Virus record (IMG/VR): IMGVR_UViG_3300020375_000001
Coordinates: 143,749 to 207,748 of that record
Strand: one strand, 5' to 3'
DNA: 64,000 nucleotides
Source of the DNA: a virus
Lineage: Duplodnaviria > Caudoviricetes
The notes under the pieces are model-generated. The model saw only the letters and a program-made list of their open reading frames with translations, made no database searches and was not told where the DNA came from. Positions 40,929 to 49,762 of this stretch are shown in pieces. Every line of letters starts with the position of its first letter. The first letter of the stretch is position 1. The position numbers and the translations under genes are program-made.

Positions 40929-41228
40929 TTAATTAACCTCCTGTCCTAAAAGCATCCGTAAGTCGTCCGACGACAATACGATATTAAATTCTGACGATGT
41001 CTGTTGCGGTGCTAGTACTGCTATCGTTTCCATTAGCTCCTGTTTCCACAGGCTGTACATATCCTCGACTGCCCTGTCAAAGTCACCAGCGAACACATCT
41101 GCGGCAATATCTAAATCTACGTATCCAGTGTCACCGACTACACGTAGCCTTGCCCGTGGTTCAAATACACTTGGGTCAAGGTTGATAATGCCTTGTACAA
41201 TTTTAGAAAACTGATTATCTCTATCCAC
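40929..41228 (-). CDS. Hypothetical protein (99 aa)
   Basis: GAGG SD before a GTG start. Confidence 0.6.
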   Translation of the reverse strand: MDRDNQFSKIVQGIINLDPSVFEPRARLRVVGDTGYVDLDIAADVFAGDFDRAVEDMYSLWKQELMETIAVLAPQQTSSEFNIVLSSDDLRMLLGQEVN

Positions 41229-41783
41229 AATAGATACCTCTGTTACATACTACATTTTTTTAGAGTTATCTCTGGAGGCTCTTATTATTATCAAAAACTT
41301 TCCATAGGCCCTCATCCGATAAAGGTGGTAAACAAAAAATACTGGACTCTCTTAAAATTTGGGGAGGGGAGGAGATTATATAAAATCAATATTAAATCGA
41401 GTTATACGAGAGTTAATATTGAATCCTTATTCCTCTCTCTTTAGAGAGAGTATTGGTTACAAATTAATCAAGTTAATACGCTATCTTAAGGATAGCTAAT
41501 TACTAATATTTTTTTATCAATAATTTTACTATATATTATGTCTCACCGAAAAGAGAAGACACAGAGAGTTCCTATGGTAACTAAGGAATATCGAATCGCC
41601 AATAGTCATCGTCCTGCTCTAGTATCCTTAGGGGTATTAGGGTAGGATGGACTACCACAAGCATTAGCTCCTCTTGGCGTGGACGCAACCTAGTAAGAAA
41701 CCCCCCAACAAGTAGTGGTGTTATAACTTACAACTGAGACTCCCTAAGAGTCTCGTTTGATAGTTAAATAACAAGTAATATTA

Positions 41784-41809
41784 AGAATTATATAAAAGAA
41801 TTATATAAA
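41784..41809. repeat. Tandem 13-bp direct repeat AGAATTATATAAA x2
   Basis: Exact copies at 41784-41796 and 41797-41809. Confidence 0.85.
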
Positions 41810-41848
41810 TTTTTAAAAAATTTTCGAAAATGTATATTTTTTAACCAA

Positions 41849-41887
41849 AAAAAAATAAGAGGAGCCGAAGCTCCTCAGATTATGTCG
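41849..41887. terminator. Terminator: U-tract on minus, TATGTCG on plus
   Basis: GAGGAGC-cgaa-GCTCCTC (41859-41876). Confidence 0.75.
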
Positions 41888-41889
41888 TC

Positions 41890-42591
41890 TTACAGAATTT
41901 CTTTGGGTGACTGCTCAAGTACGGTGACATTAGATGTCTTAGCTTCTGCAGTAAAGAAATCCGGATTGATGTATTCCATGTGGTTCTCATGTGTAATGAC
42001 TACACGTTCATTTTCATGGTTTACGATGGTAGCTTCACCTGGGGCTGGCCATTGTTCATCTGACCAGCTTTCTCTGAGGCTCTCAGCAAGCTTGTCACGG
42101 CTTTCTTTCTTAAGGTCCATAAAGTCATAGGCTTCATGTGTTTCCCAGTGCAGGATGGTTGACAGTGGCCTTACTGCCTCACTACCAACCCACTGCTTGA
42201 CTACTTTACCGCGTTTAAGTAAAGAATTACCCGCAACCAGATAATAGCCGTTATCTCGGTTCCTCACCAGTTCCCACGTATACTTACAATGGGCTTCCAA
42301 CGCAGGACTGAGGATAAGGGGCTCACGTATTGAGCTAGCAAGCCATTTACGGTTGTCCAGCTTTTCACCAAGCTCCTCAAGAGTGTATTTACCAATCTCA
42401 AGACGACCCATGACTTCAATGCTGAAGCCCACGCCTTTGGTGCAGACGTAGTAACAATTGAAGCGACGTTCCACGTCTGGTGTTCTGTTCAGCAGTTTTA
42501 CCGAGTACAGTGCATCTGTTGGAATGGGTCCCAATAACGCATCTGCCTGACCTGGGGTTGATACCAGTTGATTCAGTGTAAATAATGACAT
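41890..42591 (-). CDS. Hypothetical early protein (233 aa)
   Basis: Extended RBS TTAAATAACAGGAG. Confidence 0.8.
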   Translation of the reverse strand: MSLFTLNQLVSTPGQADALLGPIPTDALYSVKLLNRTPDVERRFNCYYVCTKGVGFSIEVMGRLEIGKYTLEELGEKLDNRKWLASSIREPLILSPALEAHCKYTWELVRNRDNGYYLVAGNSLLKRGKVVKQWVGSEAVRPLSTILHWETHEAYDFMDLKKESRDKLAESLRESWSDEQWPAPGEATIVNHENERVVITHENHMEYINPDFFTAEAKTSNVTVLEQSPKEIL

Positions 42592-42656
42592 TTCATTTCT
42601 CCTGTTATTTAAGATGTCAATAAGAAAAGAAGGGATAGTAAATTACCCCTGTCCGA

Positions 42657-43304
42657 TTAAAGTTGTAGTTTATTCAAACGGTATCCAAGTATTGTGGGAA
42701 GAGACACTTTTATACCACCAAGCATGAAGTAAATCTCCGTGCCATCTACAGTGGCGTGGTATATATTAAAGTCCTCGTCTATCACAAAGCCTTTATGGAT
42801 AAAGGTATAGGGCTTACCCTTACTAACAAACGTAGTTGCTTGGGTACGCAGCTCCGCTTGAAGGATGGGTAAATGGGGATAGGTGTCTTTAATGCAGTTA
42901 AAAACACGTTTATCCTTAGCCCCAATTGGCAGCCCGTCCCATGCCAATAGTTCGGTGAGTAACTCAGCGCTCCATTCTAGCACGTTATAACTACTCCACT
43001 TGTATATTAGCTCCACACAATGCTTATGCACTTTTACTAGTTTACCCGATGTATCATCTTCTAGTTCAATGCGATAAGAGTCTTCTAAGGTATTCTTAAG
43101 CTTTTCACTTAACTCCACTCTTGTACCGTCATTACTTACAAAAATGCAGGAATACGTTTTAAGTAAATAGTCAATTGGGTCCACGTTAGGTTTTACCATC
43201 ACGCTAGCCTGACTGATTACCACCCCCAGTTTCCTACGCCCTACACGGACTGGCTGACAACGCCGGTCGTTACCCACCGTTGCAAAAGGTGGAGACGTTA
43301 ACAT
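42657..43304 (-). CDS. Hypothetical protein (215 aa)
   Basis: ORF coupled to the upstream gene. Confidence 0.75.
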   Translation of the reverse strand: MLTSPPFATVGNDRRCQPVRVGRRKLGVVISQASVMVKPNVDPIDYLLKTYSCIFVSNDGTRVELSEKLKNTLEDSYRIELEDDTSGKLVKVHKHCVELIYKWSSYNVLEWSAELLTELLAWDGLPIGAKDKRVFNCIKDTYPHLPILQAELRTQATTFVSKGKPYTFIHKGFVIDEDFNIYHATVDGTEIYFMLGGIKVSLPTILGYRLNKLQL

Positions 43305-43765
43305 GTCATGTCCTCCATTGTTAGTGGCCTTGTGTGCTTAGCTAACAGCAATAAACTGCGGGTCCCCCACATATCCATCATGAGGGTTTTCTCCCCTTCG
43401 TTGTCCGGTATTTCCAAACGACGAGTATCGCGACCAATAACATTGAATAATTTTAAGTAAAATATTTCATCTGTACTGGTGTTAACGAATTTCATCTGGT
43501 ACATATGCCAAAGTTGGTCTAAGTTATCAGCACGCTCCAGTAAGTGGTAGATGATTTCATCTACACTGCTGTTATCCAGTGCTGAAGGATTAGGATGACA
43601 CCCCTCTGGCTTCTGCTCGAATATGGCGAAAAAGTTATGATACTTCTCCTGCATAGCCATTACTGTACCACATTCACTGTTATCTTTACGTGTCCACGGT
43701 ATTGCTCCGTTACGTCTTGACGAGATGGTTATCTCTTCCATTTTCATTTTGTGTTCAACCAGCAT
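43298..43765 (-). CDS. Hypothetical early protein (155 aa)
   Basis: Extended RBS TTAAATAAAAGGAG. Confidence 0.8.
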   Translation of the reverse strand: MLVEHKMKMEEITISSRRNGAIPWTRKDNSECGTVMAMQEKYHNFFAIFEQKPEGCHPNPSALDNSSVDEIIYHLLERADNLDQLWHMYQMKFVNTSTDEIFYLKLFNVIGRDTRRLEIPDNEGEKTLMMDMWGTRSLLLLAKHTRPLTMEDMTC

Positions 43766-43797
43766 TGCATTTACTCCTTTTATTTAAAATGTTAAAG

Positions 43798-43828
43798 CGG
43801 CATAAGTTGGGGCCCCGTTAGGAACCCC
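43798..43828 (-). terminator. Hairpin GGGGTTCC-TAAC-GGGGCCCC followed by TTATGCCG
   Basis: Minus-strand-specific stem with G.U pairs. Confidence 0.55.
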
Positions 43829-43836
43829 TAATTAGT

Positions 43837-45018
43837 TTAACTTACGGAATACCCATTAAGAATGTTTTCCCATTCTTTCCAAGTTAGTTCTACATCGCCA
43901 AAAGGTGCAGGAATAACAACATCCTCGCCTTCTTCTGGCCAATCTACAGTTGGTAAATAGTTTACCAAGTTCAATTCCAATTCCTGACGTTGCTCGTCAG
44001 TAAGTTCGATTAGTTTCATTTTACGAAACTCCTTCTCAGGCACGTCTTTGTGACGGACAGGGTTGAACTTAAGAGATGGATATTTCCACTCCACAAATTC
44101 AATGTCCTTCACCTTACCCAGCAGCTCAGAAAAACGCCCCGTGGTTATCGGGTAGAATTTGCGAGCCAGTTTGAAATCTACCGCATCTTGCAGCATGGCA
44201 AAAGTGATGGGGCTCAGACCAGCATTGTCATAAACAGAACTCCACTTGTAATTCAGCTTACGTAACATGGCCTCCATCAGTGCAGTGTCGTTGAAGTTAA
44301 ATTCGTCACTAATGATTAGCAGCGCACTACAACCATTAACCCCGCCACTTACAATGACACGCCAGCCATCTGGTCCAATTTTACCCAGCGGCTCTTTTAC
44401 TTTACAAATGGTCAGTGCACCTTGCGACAGAGTTTCACGCGGCAAAGGGGACAGTCGTCCACCACCCAAGGTCATCCATTCATCTGTACCATACGGCAAC
44501 ATCATCTCACGGTCGCTTGTGACGCCAACTAACATACCAGTGCGGTAAGTCATGCCGCGACCTATAAAGATGCGGTGTGTGTCCACTACGGGCGTTATAT
44601 CGACAGTCTCAGCGTCGATTACCAGACCACCATCGTCAAAGCCAGATACCGGTGTAGTTTTACTTGGTGGGAAACTGGTACCAATTGAATTACTGTATTC
44701 GGCAACTGTTAATGGCTCACCAATCTCTACCCAGTTCTTTTCCAAAGCCAATTCATTAATCTGACGTTGCCAGTCTCCAGACAACCCTATGATTTGGTCA
44801 CTGTCGAAAAATACGTTGGGTTTCATCCATATCAGGCAGTCCATATAACGGACCGATGGGATGTCTTCTTTCAGTTCGGGTGAAAGAGAGTATCTGACGG
44901 CAAAGTCTAACTCGTCGATTTTGTCAAACAACTTGTGGTTATCGGGCAGGTCACCCAATCCCACGAAACGAACGCGTCCACGTGCAATGTTTGTAGTTGC
45001 AGTATTTTCAGTTTGCAT
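43837..45018 (-). CDS. Hypothetical early protein (393 aa)
   Basis: Extended RBS; first gene after a promoter motif. Confidence 0.8.
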   Translation of the reverse strand: MQTENTATTNIARGRVRFVGLGDLPDNHKLFDKIDELDFAVRYSLSPELKEDIPSVRYMDCLIWMKPNVFFDSDQIIGLSGDWQRQINELALEKNWVEIGEPLTVAEYSNSIGTSFPPSKTTPVSGFDDGGLVIDAETVDITPVVDTHRIFIGRGMTYRTGMLVGVTSDREMMLPYGTDEWMTLGGGRLSPLPRETLSQGALTICKVKEPLGKIGPDGWRVIVSGGVNGCSALLIISDEFNFNDTALMEAMLRKLNYKWSSVYDNAGLSPITFAMLQDAVDFKLARKFYPITTGRFSELLGKVKDIEFVEWKYPSLKFNPVRHKDVPEKEFRKMKLIELTDEQRQELELNLVNYLPTVDWPEEGEDVVIPAPFGDVELTWKEWENILNGYSVS

Positions 45019-45085
45019 TATATGCTTACCCTTTTATTTATTGAGTTTAGTTTGTCTCCGTAGCATAGATGTTAAACTACACTTA

Positions 45086-45096
45086 GATAATATATG
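45086..45096 (-). promoter_or_regulatory. Putative early promoter core CATATATTATC
   Basis: YAYATATYAY motif immediately after a terminator hairpin (45107-45126). Confidence 0.55.
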
Positions 45097-45145
45097 CTTC
45101 AAAAAAGATAGGGCCGAAGCCCTATCCCTAAAACATGCTATTGTT

Positions 45146-45697
45146 TTATGGCGCTGGTTCTTCAGCTGCCGCTGCTTCTGCTGCAGCTACTGCTGCGTCA
45201 TGGTCAGCCTTAGCTTGGTCAGCTTCTTCTTGTGTCCAGACGTACCAGTTCGAACACTGAAGGTCAAGACGGTTAGGGTGCCAATCTTGGAAAACTTCAA
45301 GTTCTTCCGTAGTCAGTTGGAACATTGGTGCATCGTACAGCATGGTAACTGCTGTAGGGTATTCTGTTAGCGTACCGTCGGCGATTTCTTCCAAAGGTGG
45401 CAGCGGTTGTTTAACCGTACCAAGCTCAACCCGCATGAAGAAAGTGTTCCAGTGATTACATGCCACACTATGACCTTGCTTCATCATATACAGCGCTTCT
45501 GTGAAGCTCATTGCGGTAGTAGGTTTGTAAGCAGCATCGAACACGTCTTTTGGTGACCATGAAACATACCCGTCCGGATAGGTTACTTCATAACCTTCTG
45601 TGCCTTCTGGATGACCGTCCATTGATGGATACTGCGGAGTAGCCGCAACAACCATAGGAACTGCATCGACTTGTTTAATACCAACGTATTTAGACAT
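45146..45697 (-). CDS. Two-domain putative anti-defence sponge: GYxVxYPDGYxSWSPKxxF domain fused to a DUF2829/Tad2-like domain
   Basis: KYVGIKQVDAVPM...GYEVTYPDGYVSWSPKDVFDAAY, then MSFTEALYMMKQGHSVACNHWN...DWHPNRLDLQCSNW. Confidence 0.7.
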   Translation of the reverse strand: MSKYVGIKQVDAVPMVVAATPQYPSMDGHPEGTEGYEVTYPDGYVSWSPKDVFDAAYKPTTAMSFTEALYMMKQGHSVACNHWNTFFMRVELGTVKQPLPPLEEIADGTLTEYPTAVTMLYDAPMFQLTTEELEVFQDWHPNRLDLQCSNWYVWTQEEADQAKADHDAAVAAAEAAAAEEPAP

Positions 45698-45748
45698 CGT
45701 TTGTCCTTTTGTTTTGATTAACTATAAATTGTACCGAGGGAGAGTATA

Positions 45749-46735
45749 ATGCTTTCAGGTCTTAAGATGATTAGCTTAGGTATCGTAGCCGAGCATAAAA
45801 AACCATCTCAAAAAACAGCAATGATACACCCTGCGGAAGTATTGACTGAGATAGACGGGGAATTAAGAGCCTTACCTATCACACTATATGCCGCTGGGGT
45901 TGACGGTGAGAACCGTGAATACCAAGTGAATATAAAGGCAAATACCGCTTTAGAATGTGAGTGGCTATCGCTGTGTGAACATCGACAGACTGCCCCAGAT
46001 ATACGAAGAGGCGAACAAGTAATAATTTGGGAAGTCGAGGGTTCAACCGATGGCAGGTACTATTGGAGTACTTTAGGTAGGGATTCTAATCTTCGCCGTT
46101 TAGAAACTGTTCTCTGGGCGTTTAGTAATATATCTGACCCAGAAGAAAACGTAGAGGCGCTTAGTTATGAGAATGCCTACACGGTAGAAGTATCTACTCA
46201 CCATAAGCAAATTACTATCCGTACCAACAAGTACGATGGGGAACCGTTTGCCTACGTAATACAGCTTAATACCAAAGACGGTACCTTTACTGTACAGGAT
46301 GATGTGGGTAACTACATGCAGTTAGATTCGGCTGAGACGACAATTGACTTTACTAATAAAGACAAGACTCATCTCAGACTGAAGAAAAAGGATATCTTCG
46401 GCTATGCACCAGATAGCATGTATCTTCATGCTGTGAACACCATGGAGCTAAAGTGTAAAGACTTTATCTTGGAAGCAGAGAACTCCATTACTACTAAGAC
46501 AAAGACGGCCACCCATGAAGCTAAGACGATGTTACATAAAGCAGATAACATCACTATGGAAGCAACGGCAGTTAAGATTGATGCCCCCAATACCGAATGT
46601 ACGGGGTTGCTTAAGTGTGCAGAATTAGATGCTGGTAATGGGTCATTGACTGCGGACTCAAGCGGTATTAAAGCTAAAGCAGCGGAGTTTGAAGCTGCCC
46701 CTACTGCCCCTGGTGGTAAGTGGCACATGCCTTAA
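45749..46735 (+). CDS. Probable baseplate central spike (gpV/gp5-like) virion protein
   Basis: OB-fold-like N-terminus (APDIRRGEQV, YYWSTLG), beta-helix-like repeats toward the C-terminus, terminal His (KWHMP). Confidence 0.6.
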   Translation: MLSGLKMISLGIVAEHKKPSQKTAMIHPAEVLTEIDGELRALPITLYAAGVDGENREYQVNIKANTALECEWLSLCEHRQTAPDIRRGEQVIIWEVEGSTDGRYYWSTLGRDSNLRRLETVLWAFSNISDPEENVEALSYENAYTVEVSTHHKQITIRTNKYDGEPFAYVIQLNTKDGTFTVQDDVGNYMQLDSAETTIDFTNKDKTHLRLKKKDIFGYAPDSMYLHAVNTMELKCKDFILEAENSITTKTKTATHEAKTMLHKADNITMEATAVKIDAPNTECTGLLKCAELDAGNGSLTADSSGIKAKAAEFEAAPTAPGGKWHMP

Positions 46736-46737
46736 AC

Positions 46738-46778
46738 CAAAAAAAATAGGAGGGGCATTGCGCCCCTCCTTTATGCGG
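46738..46778. terminator. Bidirectional terminator
   Basis: AGGAGGGGC-attgc-GCCCCTCCT; U-tract on minus, TTATGCGG on plus. Confidence 0.75.
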
Positions 46779-46787
46779 TTAAACTAG

Positions 46788-47132
46788 TTAACCAATATCA
46801 ACCTGCTCCATCTCAGTTCGACTGATGTGGTAACTAAGTTGATTGCTACGAGATTTCGTAAGTCCGTGTTCCCTTAATAGCTGTGTCCAGTTGCCATGTT
46901 CAGAGTCTCCCTCCAAGTTAACAACCAACGCAGCCGTCCCCAGCTGCTTAGCAATATTAAAGACACGTCGGAAGTAATACTGGCAACGCATGAAGTTTTT
47001 ATCAATACGCTGTAGTGTTACGGTAATCGCGCCTGCAATGGAGCCTTCCACCAAAAATCCTTCACTCAAAGAAGTTGGTTTCAGAGCCCCGTTATTAATT
47101 AATTGTTCTTGCAGTGTTGTTTCTTTTGGCAT
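46788..47132 (-). CDS. Hypothetical protein (114 aa)
   Basis: AAAGG SD. Confidence 0.7.
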   Translation of the reverse strand: MPKETTLQEQLINNGALKPTSLSEGFLVEGSIAGAITVTLQRIDKNFMRCQYYFRRVFNIAKQLGTAALVVNLEGDSEHGNWTQLLREHGLTKSRSNQLSYHISRTEMEQVDIG

Positions 47133-47152
47133 TCGTATACCTTTTTCTATTT

Positions 47153-47443
47153 TTAGTTGTTAAAGTCTTCTTCAAAATCCGACAGGATAGTTTCGATGCA
47201 ATCCACCAGTTCAAGGTCACAGTCTTGTGCGCGCCACAAGCGATACTTGATGTGGGTCTCTGAGTAACCGCGCTTCTCGAACTCTGCGTAAATCAGAGGG
47301 TAAAGCAGTTTGGTTGCTGACTTAACTGACACGTCAAAGTACGGGGTGTCGCGTTGTGGTACGTTGCGGTGCGTTTGCTCCCATTCGCAGGTGGTTACAA
47401 ATTGTTCAATTACTGGATTTAGTTCTACGTTTGTATCTAACAT
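47153..47443 (-). CDS. Hypothetical early protein (96 aa)
   Basis: Extended RBS. Confidence 0.75.
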   Translation of the reverse strand: MLDTNVELNPVIEQFVTTCEWEQTHRNVPQRDTPYFDVSVKSATKLLYPLIYAEFEKRGYSETHIKYRLWRAQDCDLELVDCIETILSDFEEDFNN

Positions 47444-47473
47444 TGTTATTCTCTTTCCTGTTATTTAAGAGTT

Positions 47474-47842
47474 TTAGTTGATGCTTCGTGGCGAAGCAAG
47501 TTTAGCTGCATGGTCAGTGTATTTCCATACAGGGGTTTTGAGGATAGGTAGGTTTACCATATCCTGCAACCGTTGGTCCACTAAAATTTCTTTAGCAACC
47601 GTTTGTATAGTTAATTTCTTATCTTTACAATTGAAGTCACCGATAATAGTTTCGCGGGTATCCGGGATGATTACTAAATCGTCCGCATCTTCACGACTAA
47701 TACCTTGACCTTCTTTTAAGATTGTATACACAACGTAATTTATATCATCATTGTCATTTACCGACATACGCTGTTCAATATATACTTTTGGAGCACGTTG
47801 GGTGCGAGCGATAAAGTCAGTTATACATTCGTCACTGTACAT
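47474..47842 (-). CDS. Hypothetical early protein (122 aa)
   Basis: Extended RBS. Confidence 0.75.
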   Translation of the reverse strand: MYSDECITDFIARTQRAPKVYIEQRMSVNDNDDINYVVYTILKEGQGISREDADDLVIIPDTRETIIGDFNCKDKKLTIQTVAKEILVDQRLQDMVNLPILKTPVWKYTDHAAKLASPRSIN

Positions 47843-47915
47843 TTCTCTTTCCTTTTATTTAAGAGAGGTGGGCTACCTAAGTAACACTTATGTTCACACG
47901 GTTCAATCTAACCTT

Positions 47916-48224
47916 TTAGAATCCACGTAGTTCATCAACCATTTCAGCAAGCTTATACTTAGTAGTACCTAAGTCTTCTGCCTTACCTTCATATTCGATT
48001 GGAACCATAGCGTCTACGTCAAGTGCTAATAAAGTTTTATGTTGCATTATTTTAGACACGCCGTTGTTGATAGTATTGCACACAGCCTCAACTACTTTGA
48101 TTTCTAGGAAACCTTCTTCAATGCTTACGTTACAGTAATTGAACTTAGTACTCTTACGCACTAGTCCACGGATGGCTAAGTTAAACTGTTGAATTTTAGT
48201 TAACGATGATTCATTAGTATTCAT
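47916..48224 (-). CDS. Hypothetical early protein (102 aa)
   Basis: Extended RBS; first gene after a promoter motif. Confidence 0.75.
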   Translation of the reverse strand: MNTNESSLTKIQQFNLAIRGLVRKSTKFNYCNVSIEEGFLEIKVVEAVCNTINNGVSKIMQHKTLLALDVDAMVPIEYEGKAEDLGTTKYKLAEMVDELRGF

Positions 48225-48290
48225 TGTTTTCTCTTCCTTTTATTTAGAGATAATTGATTAACATGGCTGATTAAGTAGCCACTTCACCAA

Positions 48291-48301
48291 TGTAATATGT
48301 A
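48291..48301 (-). promoter_or_regulatory. Putative early promoter core TACATATTACA
   Basis: Closest match to the phiKZ early motif TATATTAC; upstream A-tract. Confidence 0.6.
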
Positions 48302-48364
48302 TCTATTGTTTTTTGGAAACGACATAATTAGGGGGTCTTTTGACCCCCGTGGTTTTATGCCGTT

Positions 48365-49654
48365 TTAGAAGTTTTCTGGTAGGACGTGATACTGAACCAT
48401 TTTAACAATCGGGTGTTGTAGAACACCGCCCGCATGTACAGAGTCGGTACCATGTTGAGATAAACCTTTAAGACGGGTATCAAAAAGACTAGGGTACTCT
48501 GGCTTCACCGGTAAATTGTAAACGGTGTGACCCTCACGAGCAATTGCATAACTACTGCGGTCTGCAAATTTCTTATAAGATAAAGTATTACCTGAATCCA
48601 ACATCGCCATACCGTCAATCGCATACGGGTACTCATAGATACCAGCCAGTCCTTTACTGATTAGTTCATTGGTTGAACGAGTAACATCAGAACGCTTCAG
48701 TGTAACTAAAAAAGTAAAGGGGCTCAAAATCAAATCGGTAATCCATTCGTTGGTACGAACATCTGCTTCTGAAACACGTTCAAGATTACGAACGGTACTG
48801 TCGCTAAGGGTAGAACCCGCATCAATGATGGCACGTTTTAACAGCGGCACCATTCTCCAGTTAATTCTAATGCTGGTTTTACCAATTACCTGCACAACCC
48901 CGTCCAATAGATGTAGGTATCCATCAATGACTATACCGAATACTTTATCTGTTGTCTTATACCCCAGATTAAAGCAACAGTTGTCGTATAGCTTTATGCT
49001 CCCACCGACCTGGCTATACATCTTGGAAGTAACTAAACGCTCTACTTTAAAACCACCCAACTCTTGAAAGTTGATTAGGTTAACGTCTGTTACCGCTTTA
49101 CCACGTAAGGCTTTGTGTCCACCCTTTGCGTAAAACCCATTATCACTAGATGACGTAGGATGAATGCGGCCATTTACCGCCAATAACACATTCCCCACAA
49201 ACTTACTGTAGTCGGTGTTAGGTCGGGTTAGTCTCAAATCTTCGCCTAACTTATTGGCATCTGAGTTAGGGTTAATGTAGAAGTTAGAACGGTCCACTGA
49301 AAAGCCAATGTCGTATGCACTATAGGATGAAATACTTTTTAGTTTTTCAAACGTAAATGGGGTACTAGTGGTGTCCAGGCGAATGTTGTTTTCATTGCAA
49401 TGGGTAAGCCATTCGGTTAACGTAAATGGTGCCGTGCGTAAAGTGGGGCGGTGAACCGATAACATGGGTCGCCAATTCACTAAGTCGTCGCCGTCTTTTA
49501 ACGTGATGTGTACTTCCTCAAAACCTGTGAGGAGTTCGTTAGTCTTAACATTAGCAAGGCCGATATTTTGCCATTCTCGTTTGGTACGAACAAACGATTC
49601 AACAAGTGTATACATGATTTTGTTCCTCAAGGTCACTAAGGTAATAACATACAA
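48365..49654 (-). CDS. Probable virion (baseplate-associated) structural protein
   Basis: DLRLTRPNTDY, LLAVNGRIHP motifs recalled for phiKZ-like structural proteins; next to the fibre cluster. Confidence 0.55.
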   Translation of the reverse strand: MYVITLVTLRNKIMYTLVESFVRTKREWQNIGLANVKTNELLTGFEEVHITLKDGDDLVNWRPMLSVHRPTLRTAPFTLTEWLTHCNENNIRLDTTSTPFTFEKLKSISSYSAYDIGFSVDRSNFYINPNSDANKLGEDLRLTRPNTDYSKFVGNVLLAVNGRIHPTSSSDNGFYAKGGHKALRGKAVTDVNLINFQELGGFKVERLVTSKMYSQVGGSIKLYDNCCFNLGYKTTDKVFGIVIDGYLHLLDGVVQVIGKTSIRINWRMVPLLKRAIIDAGSTLSDSTVRNLERVSEADVRTNEWITDLILSPFTFLVTLKRSDVTRSTNELISKGLAGIYEYPYAIDGMAMLDSGNTLSYKKFADRSSYAIAREGHTVYNLPVKPEYPSLFDTRLKGLSQHGTDSVHAGGVLQHPIVKMVQYHVLPENF

Positions 49655-49762
49655 AAAACCATCTGGAGTGTGTTTAATACTTTATTGAGAGAAATAGTAT
49701 GCAGAGGCAGTATAGGCCTTAGCTGTCTCGGACGTATAACGAATTCGTTAGAGGAGTTCATT

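Larger units (their letters stand above)
41229..41889. other. Long AT-rich intergenic region with several short hairpins
   Basis: ~650 nt with no convincing ORF; inverted repeats at 41433-41450, 41480-41496 and 41736-41754. Confidence 0.65.

Noticed and set aside
44861-45370. Plus-strand 169-aa ORF and similar antisense ORFs across the window
   Set aside because: They overlap well-supported opposite-strand genes or regulatory gaps, lack an SD and have atypical composition.
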